From NCBI GenBank assembly GCA_951406725.2, contig OX597822.1, forward strand, positions 106,764,001-106,828,000: a DNA stretch of 64,000 nucleotides. The letters run 5' to 3'. Below, piece by piece: positions 1 through 16,648 of this stretch; the stretch's first letter is position 1; each line of letters opens with the position of its first letter. Made by a program: the position numbers and the translations under genes. The notes under the pieces are model-generated. The model was given only the letters and a program-made list of their open reading frames with translations. It did not search any database and was not told where the DNA came from. This DNA is from Octopus vulgaris. Lineage: Eukaryota.

Positions 1-153
1 CCGCTCGAAACGTTAAACCCTCCTTCTTCCCTTCCTTCCTTAGCGTCCAATAATACTATATTTGTTCCACGTCCTCACGTTGTTGTGTTTTCTCTTTGTG
101 TTTTCATGTTTGGATTAACTTTATATATATATGTATATATATATGTGTATATA

Positions 154-212
<59 letters not shown>

Positions 213-239
213 CATATATATATATGTGTGTGTGTGTAT

Positions 240-286
<47 letters not shown>

Positions 287-844
287 CTTGTAGGGTATAA
301 TGTGGGGCTATTTCAAGAGTAGCACTCATCCTGAGTTCTGGGCTATCAACACTGTCGGGTTTCAGACTAATACTGAAATCCTCTGGGGTAGAAAATCCTG
401 ATTTCATGATGGTAAAAACGTTGTGTGGATGTAACGAAAGGTAAACAAATTCAAATAACAAGACAACGAAATTCTTTAACACACCTTAAATGATTCGTTA
501 CAATTGTTTCCCCCCGATATAAGCAAAAAGCATTGTCTAGAAGACGTATAATGTAAGACCGTACCTTTTGATGCAAGTAAATGATGAAGTGCCAGTCTAA
601 TGTCTAAAATCGCAAGTATTATGGAAATTTTCGTTTCGAATTTTGTGTAAACTGGCGTCGCAAGCAGTAATGGTTCAGAAACAATTATAACTGATCATTA
701 AATATGTTTTTAAGGTATTTCTTTGTCTTATTATTACACACACATACACACACACACACTTCGATATGCTTTCGACCATAAATTGGTCCAAATTGGTCTA
801 AATTAATAGCACCACCTAATAGGATTTGCTACATCCTTTTTTAA

Positions 845-1407
845 ATCGTATCATGGCCAATTCGAGTAGGGCGTTCTTGTCGAGTGAGTTGTATCAAGGT
901 ATGGGTGGCTTATCTGGTATTCCTTGAAGAAATTTGTCCAGATTCCATTTTAAGGTGATGGGATCCTTTTTCTGTCTGATCTGTACTGGTACAATGTTAA
1001 AAGGAGCAGGGCCTGTTGAGGAAAAAAGAATTATGTTGCAGTGTATTTATGTCTTGTGATCCTGAATTGGATAGGGCACATATGGCCCATGGTCCTATCC
1101 GTGGATGAATTCTGAAACTAAAGTTGAGGTCGTTTGGATAGTGCTGGTGGTATATACTTCACATCGTGCAAATGATGTATCGCTCACGGTGGTGCTGGAG
1201 AATTTCAATGCTTTAAGCTGGTCCCAATAATTAAAATCAGCCATGCCTTTAATTCTTTCAGTGAATGCCCACTGAGGTGATTCAGTTTTCGAAATCTTTT
1301 ATTTTGCCTAGAGTGACCGGGGGCAGCAGTTGTCGAGGTGTGACCGTACACAAGAGGAGAAAAGAGGAATGATGACACCATGTTCTCTAGACCGGAAGCT
1401 TCTTAGC
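845..1407 (-). mobile_element. Decayed 3' fragment of a CR1-group LINE
   Basis: Broken translation LRSFRSRE...ESPQWAFTERIKGMADFNYWDQLKALKFS...RERYII, parallel to the C-terminus of the 25-kb element. Confidence 0.75.
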
Positions 1408-2189
1408 AATATATATATATATATATATCTGAAAAGTTATTGTATAACAAAACAATAAAATAGAGTGTTTTTGTATTATTTACTCTGCATTATATGTGCT
1501 TCATTTGTAGCTCTTCTTAGCAAATGAAACACCCATAATAGAGATAAAATAATACCTCAAAATTTTTATTTTCTTGATTTGTTACACAATAACTCTGAAA
1601 ATTATATTTCCATAATTCTCAAATTTAATATGTATTTTGTCTAATATACAGCAGCAACTATGGATACGTATAAAAACGTATAACTTAGCGTTTATATTTC
1701 TAGATCTAATATTTCGCTTATTAAGGGAATAACGAAAGTACTTCTTGTTATAAGTAAATTCAATAGTACAAAAAAAAAATAAATTTCTCTACCTATACAA
1801 TAATATTTTACGTTATAAGCTATTTCACAAATCAACCACACCTAATGCTTTTAAATATTCACATATAATAATAATTGATAAAAACTAAAAAATTAGAAAT
1901 CAATATCTTTTAAAATCATTAAGCTTATAAATTGTTTACTTATCTTTTCGAAGACATTTAAAAACTAACAACATATTACTTAGCGTTTTTAATTTAAAAT
2001 ATTTTTAGTTCATAAATATCTTTGAAAAAATAAGTAATAAGTAGACATTTTATTTAAGAAATAATGGTGATGTTTATATGATAATTGATTAAAAAGTATG
2101 TATCTCTAATTTTTTATTTGTTAATTATAATTTAAGATACGTATTTTTATTTAATTATCCTTCTAATTATAATTCTCTTTACTCTCTCT

Positions 2190-2576
2190 ATTTTACTCTT
2201 TTACTTGTTTCAGTCATTTGACTGCGGCCATGCTGGAGCACCGCCTTTAGTCGACCCTAGGACTTATTCTTTGTAAGCCTAGTTCTTATTCCTGCGGTCT
2301 CTTTTACCGGATCGCTAAGTTACGGAGAGGTAACCACACCAGCATCGGTTGTCAAGCGATGTTGAGAGGGACAAACACAGACACACAAATATATATATAT
2401 GTACATATATACGACGGGCTTCTTTCAGTTTGCATCCACCAAATCCACTCACAAGGCTTTGGTCGGCCCGAGGCTATAGTAGAAGTCACTTGCCCAAGGT
2501 GGCACGCAGTGGGATTGAACCTGGAACCGTGTGATTGGTAAGCAAGCTACTTACCACACAGCCACTCCTGTGCCTA
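2190..2576 (-). mobile_element. SINE family C copy
   Basis: Reverse complement of the 60177-60620 element. Fragments also near 9780, 41790, 44540, 48020, 58280 and 58700. Confidence 0.85.
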
Positions 2577-4289
2577 TTATTAAATATGAACTAAAATCTG
2601 AAAGTATTATTTGTAGTTGTTTTGTGAAATAGTTTATAACGTAAAATATTATAGCATAGGTAGTGGAAAGTTTTTTTCTTTTTTCTTTTTATTCTATTGA
2701 ATTTAATAATAATAATAATAAGTACTTTGTATATTTTATCAATGATTGAAATATTAGTTCTAGAATAAATTAATTTACTTATATAATAAGTTTAAAATAT
2801 TTGTGAATATATTGTTGAAATATATACAAAATACTATTGCAGGGTTGTGGCTGCAACGTTGTTGATATAAGATATATTATAAGTCTATACATGTTTTGTA
2901 TAGCGTTTAGTACATAGTTAGTATCTGATCAAATTAGATGTTTATTCAATTAATAAAATTAATATATAATATATTTAATTAATAAATATAGATTAAATTA
3001 TAGTAATTTAGCTTAACTTAAGTATATGATTTATTTTAAGTATTTTCACTTTAATTAATTCGACTCTTATATTTTTCCAGTAAAGATATACTATATTTTG
3101 TTAATATTCTCAAAGCTAAAATATATCTTCATAGATAAAACATATTTTTATATCTGTTTACTCTATTTTTTTACCTTAGGTTTTTAACATGATAAATGTA
3201 TTATAAACATCTGGTCCTACTTTTTAAGTTTCATATTTAGTTCACGGAGTTTCTTCTATAAGCAGAAATCATGATTTTATTTCTTTAAGAAAGATTGTTT
3301 AATTCTATTTGATTATTTATTAAAAATATGTATATATTTAACTATTATTGTTATTATAGTTGACCTGAGGAGTGACTATACTTTTAAATTATATTACTTT
3401 TGGATTCAATTTAAATTTAGTTGTAATTCGAATTGAAGTTATAGCCACGAAACGTACGCAGTCTTTTTACCTATTATATAATGTTTATTGATTTTTTGTA
3501 CTTTTGTGAACTAGATATATGCTTTATAATATATTTCATTTTTTCCATATGAAATGGTTTGTGTCTATCATTGTTTGAATTATCTAATAGTGGTTTTTCT
3601 CTAATTTATATATATATTTATAAATATATATACATGTTCACGCAAGCACACACATGCACTCACACGATCACACACTCACACGCATATATGCGCATATCTA
3701 TCTTCATATGTTCATACATGCATTTAGACAGAATTTAAGGAAAAGAAGATTAGTTTACAAAATAAAGGACAAGAATAGAATACATATAAAAAGCAAATAG
3801 AGAACATAACTTGAAAAAAGAACAAACGCAATAAATGTTGTGAATAATGTTTCTTCTTGGACTTTATTATTAATATTATTAATATTATCATTATTATTAT
3901 TATCATTATTATTATTGTTGTTGTTGTTGTTGTTGTTGTTGTTTTGTTAATAAGTAAACAATATTTTGAACAAAGCAGTCTGAAAAATATAAAATAAAAT
4001 ACTGAATCAATAAAGGAACAATATACATACATGCATGTGTATTTGTATGTATGCATGTATGTACATATATACATGTGTGTGTGTATTTATGTATAAATTC
4101 ATAAATATATACACATCCTTATATATATATATATATGTGTACATATATATATGCCATATATATGTATACACACACACAAAGACAGACACTCACACACACA
4201 TATATATATATATATATAAATGCATACATGTATACGCACATATATTTATATGTCCTATATTATGTCATATTATATATATATATATATAT

Positions 4290-4320
<31 letters not shown>

Positions 4321-4522
4321 AGTAGTTATGTTTGTATTTGTATAACAAAATCACCGTGAGTACAAGCTGCTTTCTTTTGTATAAAACAACAAACCCCATC
4401 AATGCACTCAGAGAGAGAGAGTGTCAAAGACTGTAGTGTACACATACATACACATATATATGCATATATATATATAAATGTACATATATGTGTGTATATA
4501 CATACATACATACATACAAACA

Positions 4523-4888
<366 letters not shown>

Positions 4889-5277
4889 AATACATACAAA
4901 TACACACACGCAAACACACACATATATGTACAGAAGACACATATACACACAAACACACACACATATATGTATATATATATACAAAACAAATGAAATTGTT
5001 TCATTGTTCCCTCATTGATGATAACAGCAATAACAACGATAACAGTTCAATATCAAACACATCTTCAAAGTATGAATTGATTATAACCGCTTCTTTATAT
5101 TTATTTATTTATTGATTTATTCCTTCATTTATTTGTTCAAGAAATTAATGATTAAAAAAAAAAATTCTATTCATTATTTATTTCGTTAAGATATATATAC
5201 CCACCAGTCGAAGTTCAAATTTTCTCTTCTTCATGCTAACATTCGAACTATCAACAAATATACGTACATATATACAC

Positions 5278-5333
<56 letters not shown>

Positions 5334-5417
5334 GTGTGTGTGTGTGTGTGTGTTGTGTGTGTGTATATATATATGTATATATGTATATGTATATATGTAT
5401 GTGTATATATATATATG

Positions 5418-5524
<107 letters not shown>

Positions 5525-5551
5525 GCATATATATACATGTATATATATATG

Positions 5552-5728
<177 letters not shown>

Positions 5729-5791
5729 TAATGATAAAAGACTGTAACTCATTCCACGAAATAACACGGAAGGGCTCAATATATTGAGCAA

Positions 5792-6425
5792 ATATCAAAG
5801 TTCAAGGAGGGAAAGAGAACAGATTAATTTATCGTCCGCCAATACATATATTTAGTTTGGGAATAAAATCAAATATATACATATATATTTTTTTATTGTA
5901 ATCCTAAGAGTGGAGGATTACAATACATATACAGAAAATTACATAAGATAAAATAAATTAAATTAAAATCACAAGCAGGCGAGATGTTTAAGATAATGAA
6001 GTAAAATTAGACAGAGTAAGGCAATTTAAGATTATCCTCGAGTGAAATAAAATAAAGCAGTTCACGAATGAAGTAAAAATGTAATGAAGTGAGATATTTT
6101 ACAATCGTTTCTGGGAATACGCAAAGCAAATGCTTCTTCTTTCGACTTTTTTTTAAAGAATTTTTATTTTTGAAAAGAGTTTTCCACACAAAAACTGCGT
6201 GATCTTGGTAATAAATATAGAAAAGGCGAAAGAGTTGTTAATGAAAGAGTTGTAAAGGAAATAAATATGCGTATGTATTGTGATCGCCCAACCTTGGGAT
6301 TATAATAAAAATATATATATATGTATAGATTTGACTGTATTCCCAAATGAACATGTATTGGCCAGACTAGGATGGTGATAAACTAATCTGTCTTCTGTCT
6401 TCTCTCCTTTCTTGAACTTTGATAT
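5792..6425. mobile_element. Old element with diverged inverted termini of about 120 bp, near (TA)n
   Basis: atatcaaagttcaagga...tttgggaata...taatcctaag is inverted at 6293-6425. Confidence 0.5.
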
Positions 6426-6442
6426 ATATACATACATATACA

Positions 6443-6478
<36 letters not shown>

Positions 6479-6578
6479 TACATACATACATACATTTATA
6501 TATATATAAGTATGCGTGTGTATGTATACAAGTAACAACAGTATATGTATATTCATGTATATATATATATATATATAC

Positions 6579-6599
<21 letters not shown>

Positions 6600-6629
<30 letters not shown>

Positions 6630-6967
6630 ACTTATTTAGATACCTTGAATGTATTATGTTCTTTCTCACAAAATTCTTACCTTGTACACACACATGCTGT
6701 CAATTTCTTCTTTCCAACAAAAGAATTTAACTTTTATTATTACAGATATACGCATCTTGCCCTACATACCTTTATTTCCCAGTACCCAGTGATAGAGTTA
6801 CGCTTTAGGTTCTTTTCCTTTCATAATTTTTTCCCTCGTTTATTACAGTAATGTCCTTTCGTTGCATTTCTGTTTTTTGTATCTCTTCCACTTGAAAGTC
6901 AAGAAGACAAGGATTATAAGTTCCACGTATAATTTTTCTTTATTCAAAAATAATCGTTTCAAACTAA

Positions 6968-7014
<47 letters not shown>

Positions 7015-7050
7015 CTCTCTCTCTCTCTCTACACACACACATATATATAT

Positions 7051-7083
<33 letters not shown>

Positions 7084-7187
7084 CATATCTGTGTGTATAT
7101 ATATATATATATACACACAGATATATATATATATATATGTGTGTGTGTATATATATATATATGTGTGTGTGAGAGAGAGAGAGAGAG

Positions 7188-7234
<47 letters not shown>

Positions 7235-7592
7235 TTAGTTTGAAACGATTATTTTTGAATAAAGAAAAATTATACGTGGAACTTATAATCCTTGTCTTCT
7301 TGACTTTCAAGTGGAAGAGATACAAAAAACAGAAATGCAACGAAAGGACATTACTGTAATAAACGAGGGAAAAAATTATGAAAGGAAAAGAACCTAAAGC
7401 GTAACTCTATCACTGGGTACTGGGAAATAAAGGTATGTAGGGCAAGATGCGTATATCTGTAATAATAAAAGTTAAATTCTTTTGTTGGAAAGAAGAAATT
7501 GACAGCATGTGTGTGTACAAGGTAAGAATTTTGTGAGAAAGAACATAATACATTCAAGGTATCTAAATAAGTCAATATATATATATATATAT
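6600..7592. repeat. Spacer-less palindrome of about 1 kb
   Basis: 6625-6975 is the reverse complement of 7227-7580. The centre near 7104 is inside a (TA)n. Confidence 0.92.
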
Positions 7593-7613
7593 ATTCAAGG
7601 TATCTAAATAAGT

Positions 7614-7651
<38 letters not shown>

Positions 7652-7654
7652 TAC

Positions 7655-7867
7655 AAAATGGGACAAGAATGCAAAACATCCAAACAGACGATGCAAAAAA
7701 AACACGGGTCATTCGAAGCCTCTAATCCTCAGTCAAGAACCGGAGCATCCTCGCAATTTCGGCTGGAGGATGATCCGGTACTTGACTGAACATTAGAGAC
7801 TTTGAAATGACCCGTCCGTGTTTTTTGTATCGTCTATTTGGATGCTTTGCGTTCTTGTCCCATTTTT
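7655..7867. mobile_element. Imperfect 210-bp hairpin element between (TA)n tracts
   Basis: aaaatgggacaagaatgcaaaacatccaaa...catcctc pairs with gaggatg...tttggatgctttgcgttcttgtcccatttt. No convincing ribozyme core. Confidence 0.65.
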
Positions 7868-7919
<52 letters not shown>

Positions 7920-8299
7920 CGGCGTACGTACACTTTGTTCTCTTACACATATATATATATATGTGTATCTGCATTTATTCATCCGTTCATACATATGCAT
8001 AGATACACATATAAACATCTACTTCACTTCTTTTAAAACCGGAAATGCTAACGTATGAGGAATTGCCGCTATGGTTGTGTTCATGCTATTTGCTTTTCGC
8101 TATCATATAAATAAGAATTATCCATTAAATACATCAGAGAAAAAAAATGCAGCATGAAAATGCCCGAGATTATATGCCTGTGTTTAATTCGGAATTTTTA
8201 ATTTATTTACTGAAGTACAACTTCAGATTTGGTGAGTTATCCACTTGCCAACTGCGCACTGTCTATAAATGTGCGTGTGTGTGTGTGTTGAATTGTATG

Positions 8300-8375
<76 letters not shown>

Positions 8376-8428
8376 CATACAATTCAACACACACACACAC
8401 GCACATTTATAGATACATACATACATAC

Positions 8429-8459
<31 letters not shown>

Positions 8460-9122
8460 CATATATATATACATATATATATATATACATATATATATAT
8501 ACATATATATACATATATATACATACATATATATATACATACATATATATATGTATATATATGTATATATATGTATGTATATATATATGTATATATATAT
8601 ATGTATATATATATGTACATATATATACACGCACATGTATATGTATATGTATGCGTGTGTTTAATTAACATATACGTTTATAACATATATAGGAAACGAG
8701 AACCCTCATACCCAGTGGCCATCGCTATCTTAAATTTTGCAATGCAATCAACCGTAATAATAGTAATGGGTTTTCTTGCGCATCGAGCCGAGCCGTTGTT
8801 GCATCAACCATAGTTATATAAACGTTTTACTGACTCTCAGGCTTCTTATGAAGGATGATGCATATCACATTATGGTAAGATACGAAACGATTAGTAGACA
8901 TTTGTATCCTAACAGTGGATTGTAATGTAGTGTGTGTGTGTCTGTACACATACACACACACACATGCGCACGTTTATATTAATCGAAGCGTACAGCATTA
9001 TATATCCATTACGGCTGCTCTTACAAATCGGTTTCGCACAAGATGTTCAACGCAGTGTTAGATAACAGTCTGATAATATAACCCTGCGCTCATTGGAGAT
9101 AGTCATTATAGAATGAAACATG

Positions 9123-9232
<110 letters not shown>

Positions 9233-9431
9233 GAGGCGCAATGGCCCAGTGTTTAGGGCAGCGGACTCGCGGTTGTGGGATCACGGTTTCGATTCCTAGA
9301 CCGGGCGTTGTGAGTGTTTATTGAGCGAAAACACCTCAAGCTCCACGAGGCTCCGGCAGGGAGTGGTGGCTATCTCTGCTGTACTCCTTCGCCACAACTT
9401 TCTCTCACTCTTCTGTTGGCCTGCTCGCTTA

Positions 9432-9712
9432 GTCATTTTGCCGGTTTAGCCAATAAAAACACACTCATTATATATTTGGTGTTACTTTGCTTCAGCGGTA
9501 TTTATTTTTTACATTAATCTTAATCTTATTTCGGCCAGAGTTCTTTCGTCACACTTCTGTGACCGCATCAGTGGTCCTTTGCTTTCTTCTTTCTTATTTG
9601 TGTGTCTCTCCGAAATAAGATTAAGAATAATGTAGAAAATAAATAACGCTGGAGCAAAGTAACACCAAATATATAGTGCGTGTGTTTTTATTGGCTAAAC
9701 TGGCAAAATGAG
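9432..9712. mobile_element. Fold-back element with a degenerate hammerhead in the spacer
   Basis: Arms about 9432-9535 and 9610-9712. Minus strand 9533-9577 reads ggacca-CTGATGC-g-gtcac(agaagt)gtgac-GAAA-gaac-TC-tggcc. Confidence 0.6.
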
Positions 9713-9723
9713 CATTCCTAAAT

Positions 9724-9759
<36 letters not shown>

Positions 9760-10027
9760 GTATGTATGTATGTATATACGACGAGCTTCTTTCAGTTTCC
9801 ATCAACCAAGTCCACTCACAAGGCTTTAGTCGGCCCGAAGCTTTAGTAAAAGACTCTTCTCAGGTGCCACAGTGGGACTGCATCTACACATACATATATA
9901 TGCAAATATATATATATACATAATACATCCATACACACACATACACATAGACACACATATATATATACATATACACATACATATACACGCATACATACAT
10001 ACATACATATATATACTTACACATACA

Positions 10028-10075
<48 letters not shown>

Positions 10076-10523
10076 GTGCTTGTACGTGTGCTCGTGTATT
10101 GTATTATTTAGTCGAAATGTTTAAGAGATAGCATTACGCATTTATTTTACATCAGTAAAGATGATTAAATGCCTTTATAACAACAACAACAACAAGTGGG
10201 AATATTTGAAAACAAAAACAATAAAAATTAACGAAAAAAATACTTTCTGTACATATGTGTGCAAGAGGAAATTATTATGTAAAAAAATATAACACAACAA
10301 AAAATATTAAAAAAAAAATCCTCGCAGTGGGAGAATAAAATAAAAAAAGAAGAAAAGGAACATTGTATCAGAAAGTCAACAAAGTAATAAAATTGAATGT
10401 AATTGTTTCAACGAATAATTCATGGAAATGTCTGTGCTTTATTTTTTATTTTGTAAACGGATTCAATATTTCGAAATCGCTAAAAAAACGCTCATACACA
10501 AATAAAGACATACATACGCCCAT

Positions 10524-10625
<102 letters not shown>

Positions 10626-10804
10626 ACAAGGAAACACTCACTCACACGCGCGCTCATTCATACATCATTTGCTTAAGACAGACTCATTGAAATAGATAAA
10701 AGCATGTCGGCATAGTCTAATTGTACTTTAAATGCCCACACCTTATAAATTTGGTTCATCGTAAACATTCCGTCAAGATTGCTTCAGATGAAGTACCATA
10801 TTAT

Positions 10805-10821
10805 GTGTATGTGAATGTATG

Positions 10822-10920
<99 letters not shown>

Positions 10921-11445
10921 GCATATATATACACATATATATATATATTTATAGATACATATGCATATATATACACATATATATATATATTTATAGATAC
11001 ATATGCATATATATACACATATATATATATATATATTTATAGATACATATGCATATATATACACATATATATATATATTTATAGATACATATGCATATAT
11101 ATACACATATATATATATATACACATATATATATACATATATATACACACACATATATATACATATATATACATATATATACATATATATACATATATAC
11201 ACGCATCTATATACATACATATATATATACACATATATGTATACATATATATACATACATATATATATATACTCATATATGTATATATATATATATATAC
11301 ATATATATACATATGTATATATATATATACACACATATATATATATATACATATATAGATATACCTACATATATATATACATATATATGCCGATATATAT
11401 ACCTATATATACATATATACATATATATACATAAATATATACATA

Positions 11446-11497
<52 letters not shown>

Positions 11498-11624
11498 TAT
11501 GCATGCATGTACAGCTGTATATCTCATATATATACATAAATTCATACATTCATATATATACATATATATATATATATATCTCTCTCTATATATATATATA
11601 TACATATATATATATCTATGTATG

Positions 11625-11679
<55 letters not shown>

Positions 11680-12189
11680 GTGTACGTGCGTGTGTATGTG
11701 TGTACACACACACACATACACACACGCACACACACACACATACACATATATATATATATATAAGTAATAATTTTACATCTGGGTACGCACCTTGTAGTGT
11801 GCTGTTTAAAGCCCGTTCACAATATTCGGCTACCTGATGTCATCAACAGTGTTGAAGCACATTCACTGGATTTACGTCAGGAATTCCTTAGTGTCCTCAA
11901 AATTTTATAAAAATACGAGAGAAAGAATATGATATTCACAAGACACTTCGTTCACTACGATCGTTTCGATCCACCATGCATCAGTACCTCGCAGTGCAAA
12001 TATAAATTTGTTATACAAATTAGCGAAACGGTGAATAAAAAGCTACCTTTTGATAAGTCACCTGAGGAGATACCTCTCCACCTATGATGCTATATAACTG
12101 TTTGTACAGCATCTCACCTGCGAGGTCTTGTGTATGATGGGTAGAAACGATTGTACTGAATAAATAGTTTCGCAAAATTTCATTTTCTT

Positions 12190-12261
<72 letters not shown>

Positions 12262-12404
12262 TACATATGTATGTATATATATATATAGATATGTATATAT
12301 GTATATATATAGATATGTATATATGTATATATATATATATGTATGTATATATATATATGTATATATATATATATGTATATAATGTATATAAAGTATATAT
12401 ATAC

Positions 12405-12463
<59 letters not shown>

Positions 12464-12525
12464 CATATATACATATCTATATATATACATATATACATAT
12501 CTATATATATATATACATACATATC

Positions 12526-12557
<32 letters not shown>

Positions 12558-12758
12558 ATACATACATACATATATACATATATATACATACATACATATA
12601 TACATATATATATATATACATACATACATATATATATAATGTGTGTGTATGTATGTATATATACATGCATATATGCATGTGTATATGTGCCTGTATATAT
12701 GTAAACATATATATATATATATATATATGCATACATACATGTGTGTATATATATGTAT

Positions 12759-12810
<52 letters not shown>
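10805..12810. repeat. Representative (TA)n/(CA)n compound microsatellite fields
   Basis: Dozens of such tracts across the window. They generate the YI/HT/VC pseudo-ORFs. Confidence 0.95.
11918..12197. mobile_element. Fold-back element with inverted hammerhead 3' halves
   Basis: GAAAcgatcgTA (-, 11956-11967) and GAAAcgattgTA (+, 12144-12155), with CTGAGGA at 12062. Inverted termini gagagaaagaa / ttctttctctc next to (TA)n. Confidence 0.55.
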
Positions 12811-12811
<1 letters not shown>

Positions 12812-13254
12812 TATATTCAGTTATAAATATATGCTTCATTAAATACTCACCTACTCTCAAGTATATCTTTTTCGTATTTTCTTCGATATTTTACAGTAAG
12901 TTTGGAACAATAAATTTACGATATTAATGTTCATCATTTACAGACTTCTACAGTCACATTTTGAAGAACTGAATAGATATGGCGTCTGTGTGTTTTCGTA
13001 TATACTGATTGGATTCATGTACACTATTCTGTCAAAGGTTTTGGACCGTTGCGCTTCTACGTCAGCAATCACGTGTTCATTAGGTTTGCTCTGGTCGTAT
13101 TTGTGACCGTTAGTTTTTTTGCCATTAGCCACATATCAATTCCCTTTTATGTGTGTACTGTTCGTGTATAAAGTTTTGCACGAGTACAACTTCTATGATT
13201 AATCTTCTATTACTATGAAGAATTTTAAAGAGGATATTTTAGAGACTGAGTTCT

Positions 13255-13297
<43 letters not shown>

Positions 13298-13362
13298 AAC
13301 ACACACACACAACACACACACACGCATCCACACATCCACACACACACAACACACACACACAT

Positions 13363-13398
<36 letters not shown>

Positions 13399-13718
13399 GA
13401 GGCAGACGCCAAAACTATTCCAATTCTTAAAAATGAGACTGTGAATGTCTGGAAACTTCCAATACGAAGTTAAAGAGTATATTTATTCCACACCAGCGGC
13501 AAAAGCTAAGAAGAACATACGAAAACTCTAAAATATAAATGATGTAACTTGAACAATTTGTGTATATAATGAAATAATATAATAAAAAAAAGCTGTATAT
13601 ATATATTTATATATATCGATAGGTGTAAAATTGTACAGAAAATAAAACTTAGTACATGTCAAGAAGGTAGCTAAGTATTTGTATTAACAGGATGACTCAG
13701 ATGTGCATTGCTGAAAGT

Positions 13719-13866
13719 TTTCACAGACACAAAAGGCAAGTTTGATCGTTTCAAAGTGACGACGCAGTATTGTTACATCGAAACGGTTCAACGTGTTTTT
13801 GTGTCTGTGAAACATTTTAGTAATATAACTTTGAATAAAACTGTTAATAGATAGATATTCACACAA

Positions 13867-13870
<4 letters not shown>
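13719..13870 (+). mobile_element. Small fold-back element with a degenerate hammerhead
   Basis: tttcacagacacaaaa...cgtttc is inverted as gaaacg...ttttgtgtctgtgaaa. Core gTGACGA...GAAAc, then AATAAA and (TA)n. Confidence 0.5.
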
Positions 13871-13956
<86 letters not shown>

Positions 13957-14051
13957 ATATATATATATGTGTATATATATATATATATATGTGTGTGTGT
14001 ATATATATATATATGTGTGTGTGTATATATATATATATATATGTGTGTGTG

Positions 14052-14135
<84 letters not shown>

Positions 14136-14278
14136 TATATGTGTGTATATATATGTATATATATATATTATTATTTGTATATATATATGTATACGTATAT
14201 ATATATATAAATAAATATATATATATAAATATTTATATATATATATGAATATGTATGTATATATATATATATATGATG

Positions 14279-14339
<61 letters not shown>

Positions 14340-14385
14340 GTATATATATATGTGTGTGTATCCATATATACATACATTAAACGCA

Positions 14386-14454
<69 letters not shown>

Positions 14455-15708
14455 GTATATATATATACATACATGTATATATATATGTGTGTATATATAC
14501 CTGTAAATGTCTATGTGCATATATTTATACGTGTGTTTATGGATAAAGTGTTTATGTGATTATATAGATACATACATAGATAGATACATACATACATACA
14601 TGCATACACACAAACAAACACACACATACTTTTTTTTTTTTGGTCTTCATGCTTCCATTTCTATTTTCCTTTGTTGTATTATTAATTTCTTTCATGCCTT
14701 CTCTTGAAGTATACTCAGTTAACTCCCCTGGAACATAATCCCGCATACATTAATTTTTTTAATTTAGTTTCAATAGATCTTGAGGGAATTGCTCTTTTGT
14801 TTTCCGTCAAAGCAGAACTGAAATTCCTGATACTGTTAGACAAACCGGGAAATGAAATTTCAAAATACTTTTTTATTGACATTTTTTTTTTGTTAATTAA
14901 GACTAAATAGAACTTACTTTTATCTCTACAGTATTTGTTTTTGGCATGCTATCCCTCTTATATTAATGATGAAGAATTCTTATGCTTTAGCAACTAATAG
15001 CCCAAAGCCATACATTGGTGTTAGGTGAGCTATCGATTAAATCAGCTCTATTTCTTTCAGTCTTATATTATCAAATAATAAAGCTATATGTTGATCTCAT
15101 AAGGCTTCAAATATAAACTTATAGGTACCATATAGCATTTTGAACCGGGTTCTACTAATTCTGCGACTCACAGCCTCCGTCCTGTTAATAATAGTGGTTT
15201 TTAACTAAAAGAGGATAGCCAGCCCCAAAATATTGAAAATTTTGTTGTGGGCTTGTATATTAGGCGTCACAAATAACATAAAGTTGTTTTGTCTGAAACC
15301 CTACCGCTTCGATCATCAATTCTTTCATACGGCAGATTGTCTAATCATTTCCTAGTTAGCATGCCACAGAAAAGAGTAATACGTTTTCTCAACCAACATA
15401 ATAACAATGGTTATCTTTTTCTATGTGTGTATCTCCCTATACACGCGTATACCTACAAACAGGTACACATACACGCACACACGCACACATGCATACATTC
15501 ATTTATATATATCTATAACTATATCTATATTTATATGCACATATACGTATCTAGCATCTCTCTCCCGTTTTTCTTCTTTCTTTCTTTCTTTCTCTCTATA
15601 CACACACATATATACGTATATATATATATATGCATATGTGTATATGTATATGTATATATAGGTATATATATATATGCATGTTATAAACACACAAACACAC
15701 AGATACAT

Positions 15709-15752
<44 letters not shown>

Positions 15753-16057
15753 TCATAGTAAATTGTAAGAGTTGTCACGTTTAAAATGAGAGTGCTCAAT
15801 ACATTTTGCAGACTGTAATATTTTTTATATAGCTTTGGCTAACTTATGGTTAACTTTATGATTAACTTGAAGTTTCATACTGGAGTAGAGATGTCCCTGC
15901 CTAACCTAGGGCTGTGCATACAGCAGATAGAAAAGGTTGGTCCCGGTTTCTGCCCCACAAATGTTGTGGCTGAACATACCTTCTGCAGTATGAAATTTGA
16001 AGTCTTAAACCATAAGACAGTCTCAGTCATATGCATTATTAATGTGCACACACACAC

Positions 16058-16134
<77 letters not shown>

Positions 16135-16297
16135 CATATAACCACGTGCTTATGTATGCGTATGTATCTATGTAGATGTATGTATACACAGCTCTACAGG
16201 TATATAATGCACACAGATGAATATATATATGTATATATATATATGTATATATATATGTGTGTATATATATATACATATATTTATATATATATGTGTG

Positions 16298-16329
<32 letters not shown>

Positions 16330-16387
16330 TGTGTATATATATATGTATGTATATGTACATATATATATGTATATGTATATATGTTTG

Positions 16388-16438
<51 letters not shown>

Positions 16439-16558
16439 GTATATATATAGATATATGTATATATAGATATATGTATATATATATATATGTATATATATAT
16501 ATGTATATATATATCTATATATACATATATATATATGTATAAGTGTATATATATATAT

Positions 16559-16648
<90 letters not shown>

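Noticed and set aside
7790-7820. Hammerhead in the 7655-7867 hairpin (CTGAACA...GAAA...GTC)
   Set aside because: The core is mismatched and stem I cannot be formed.
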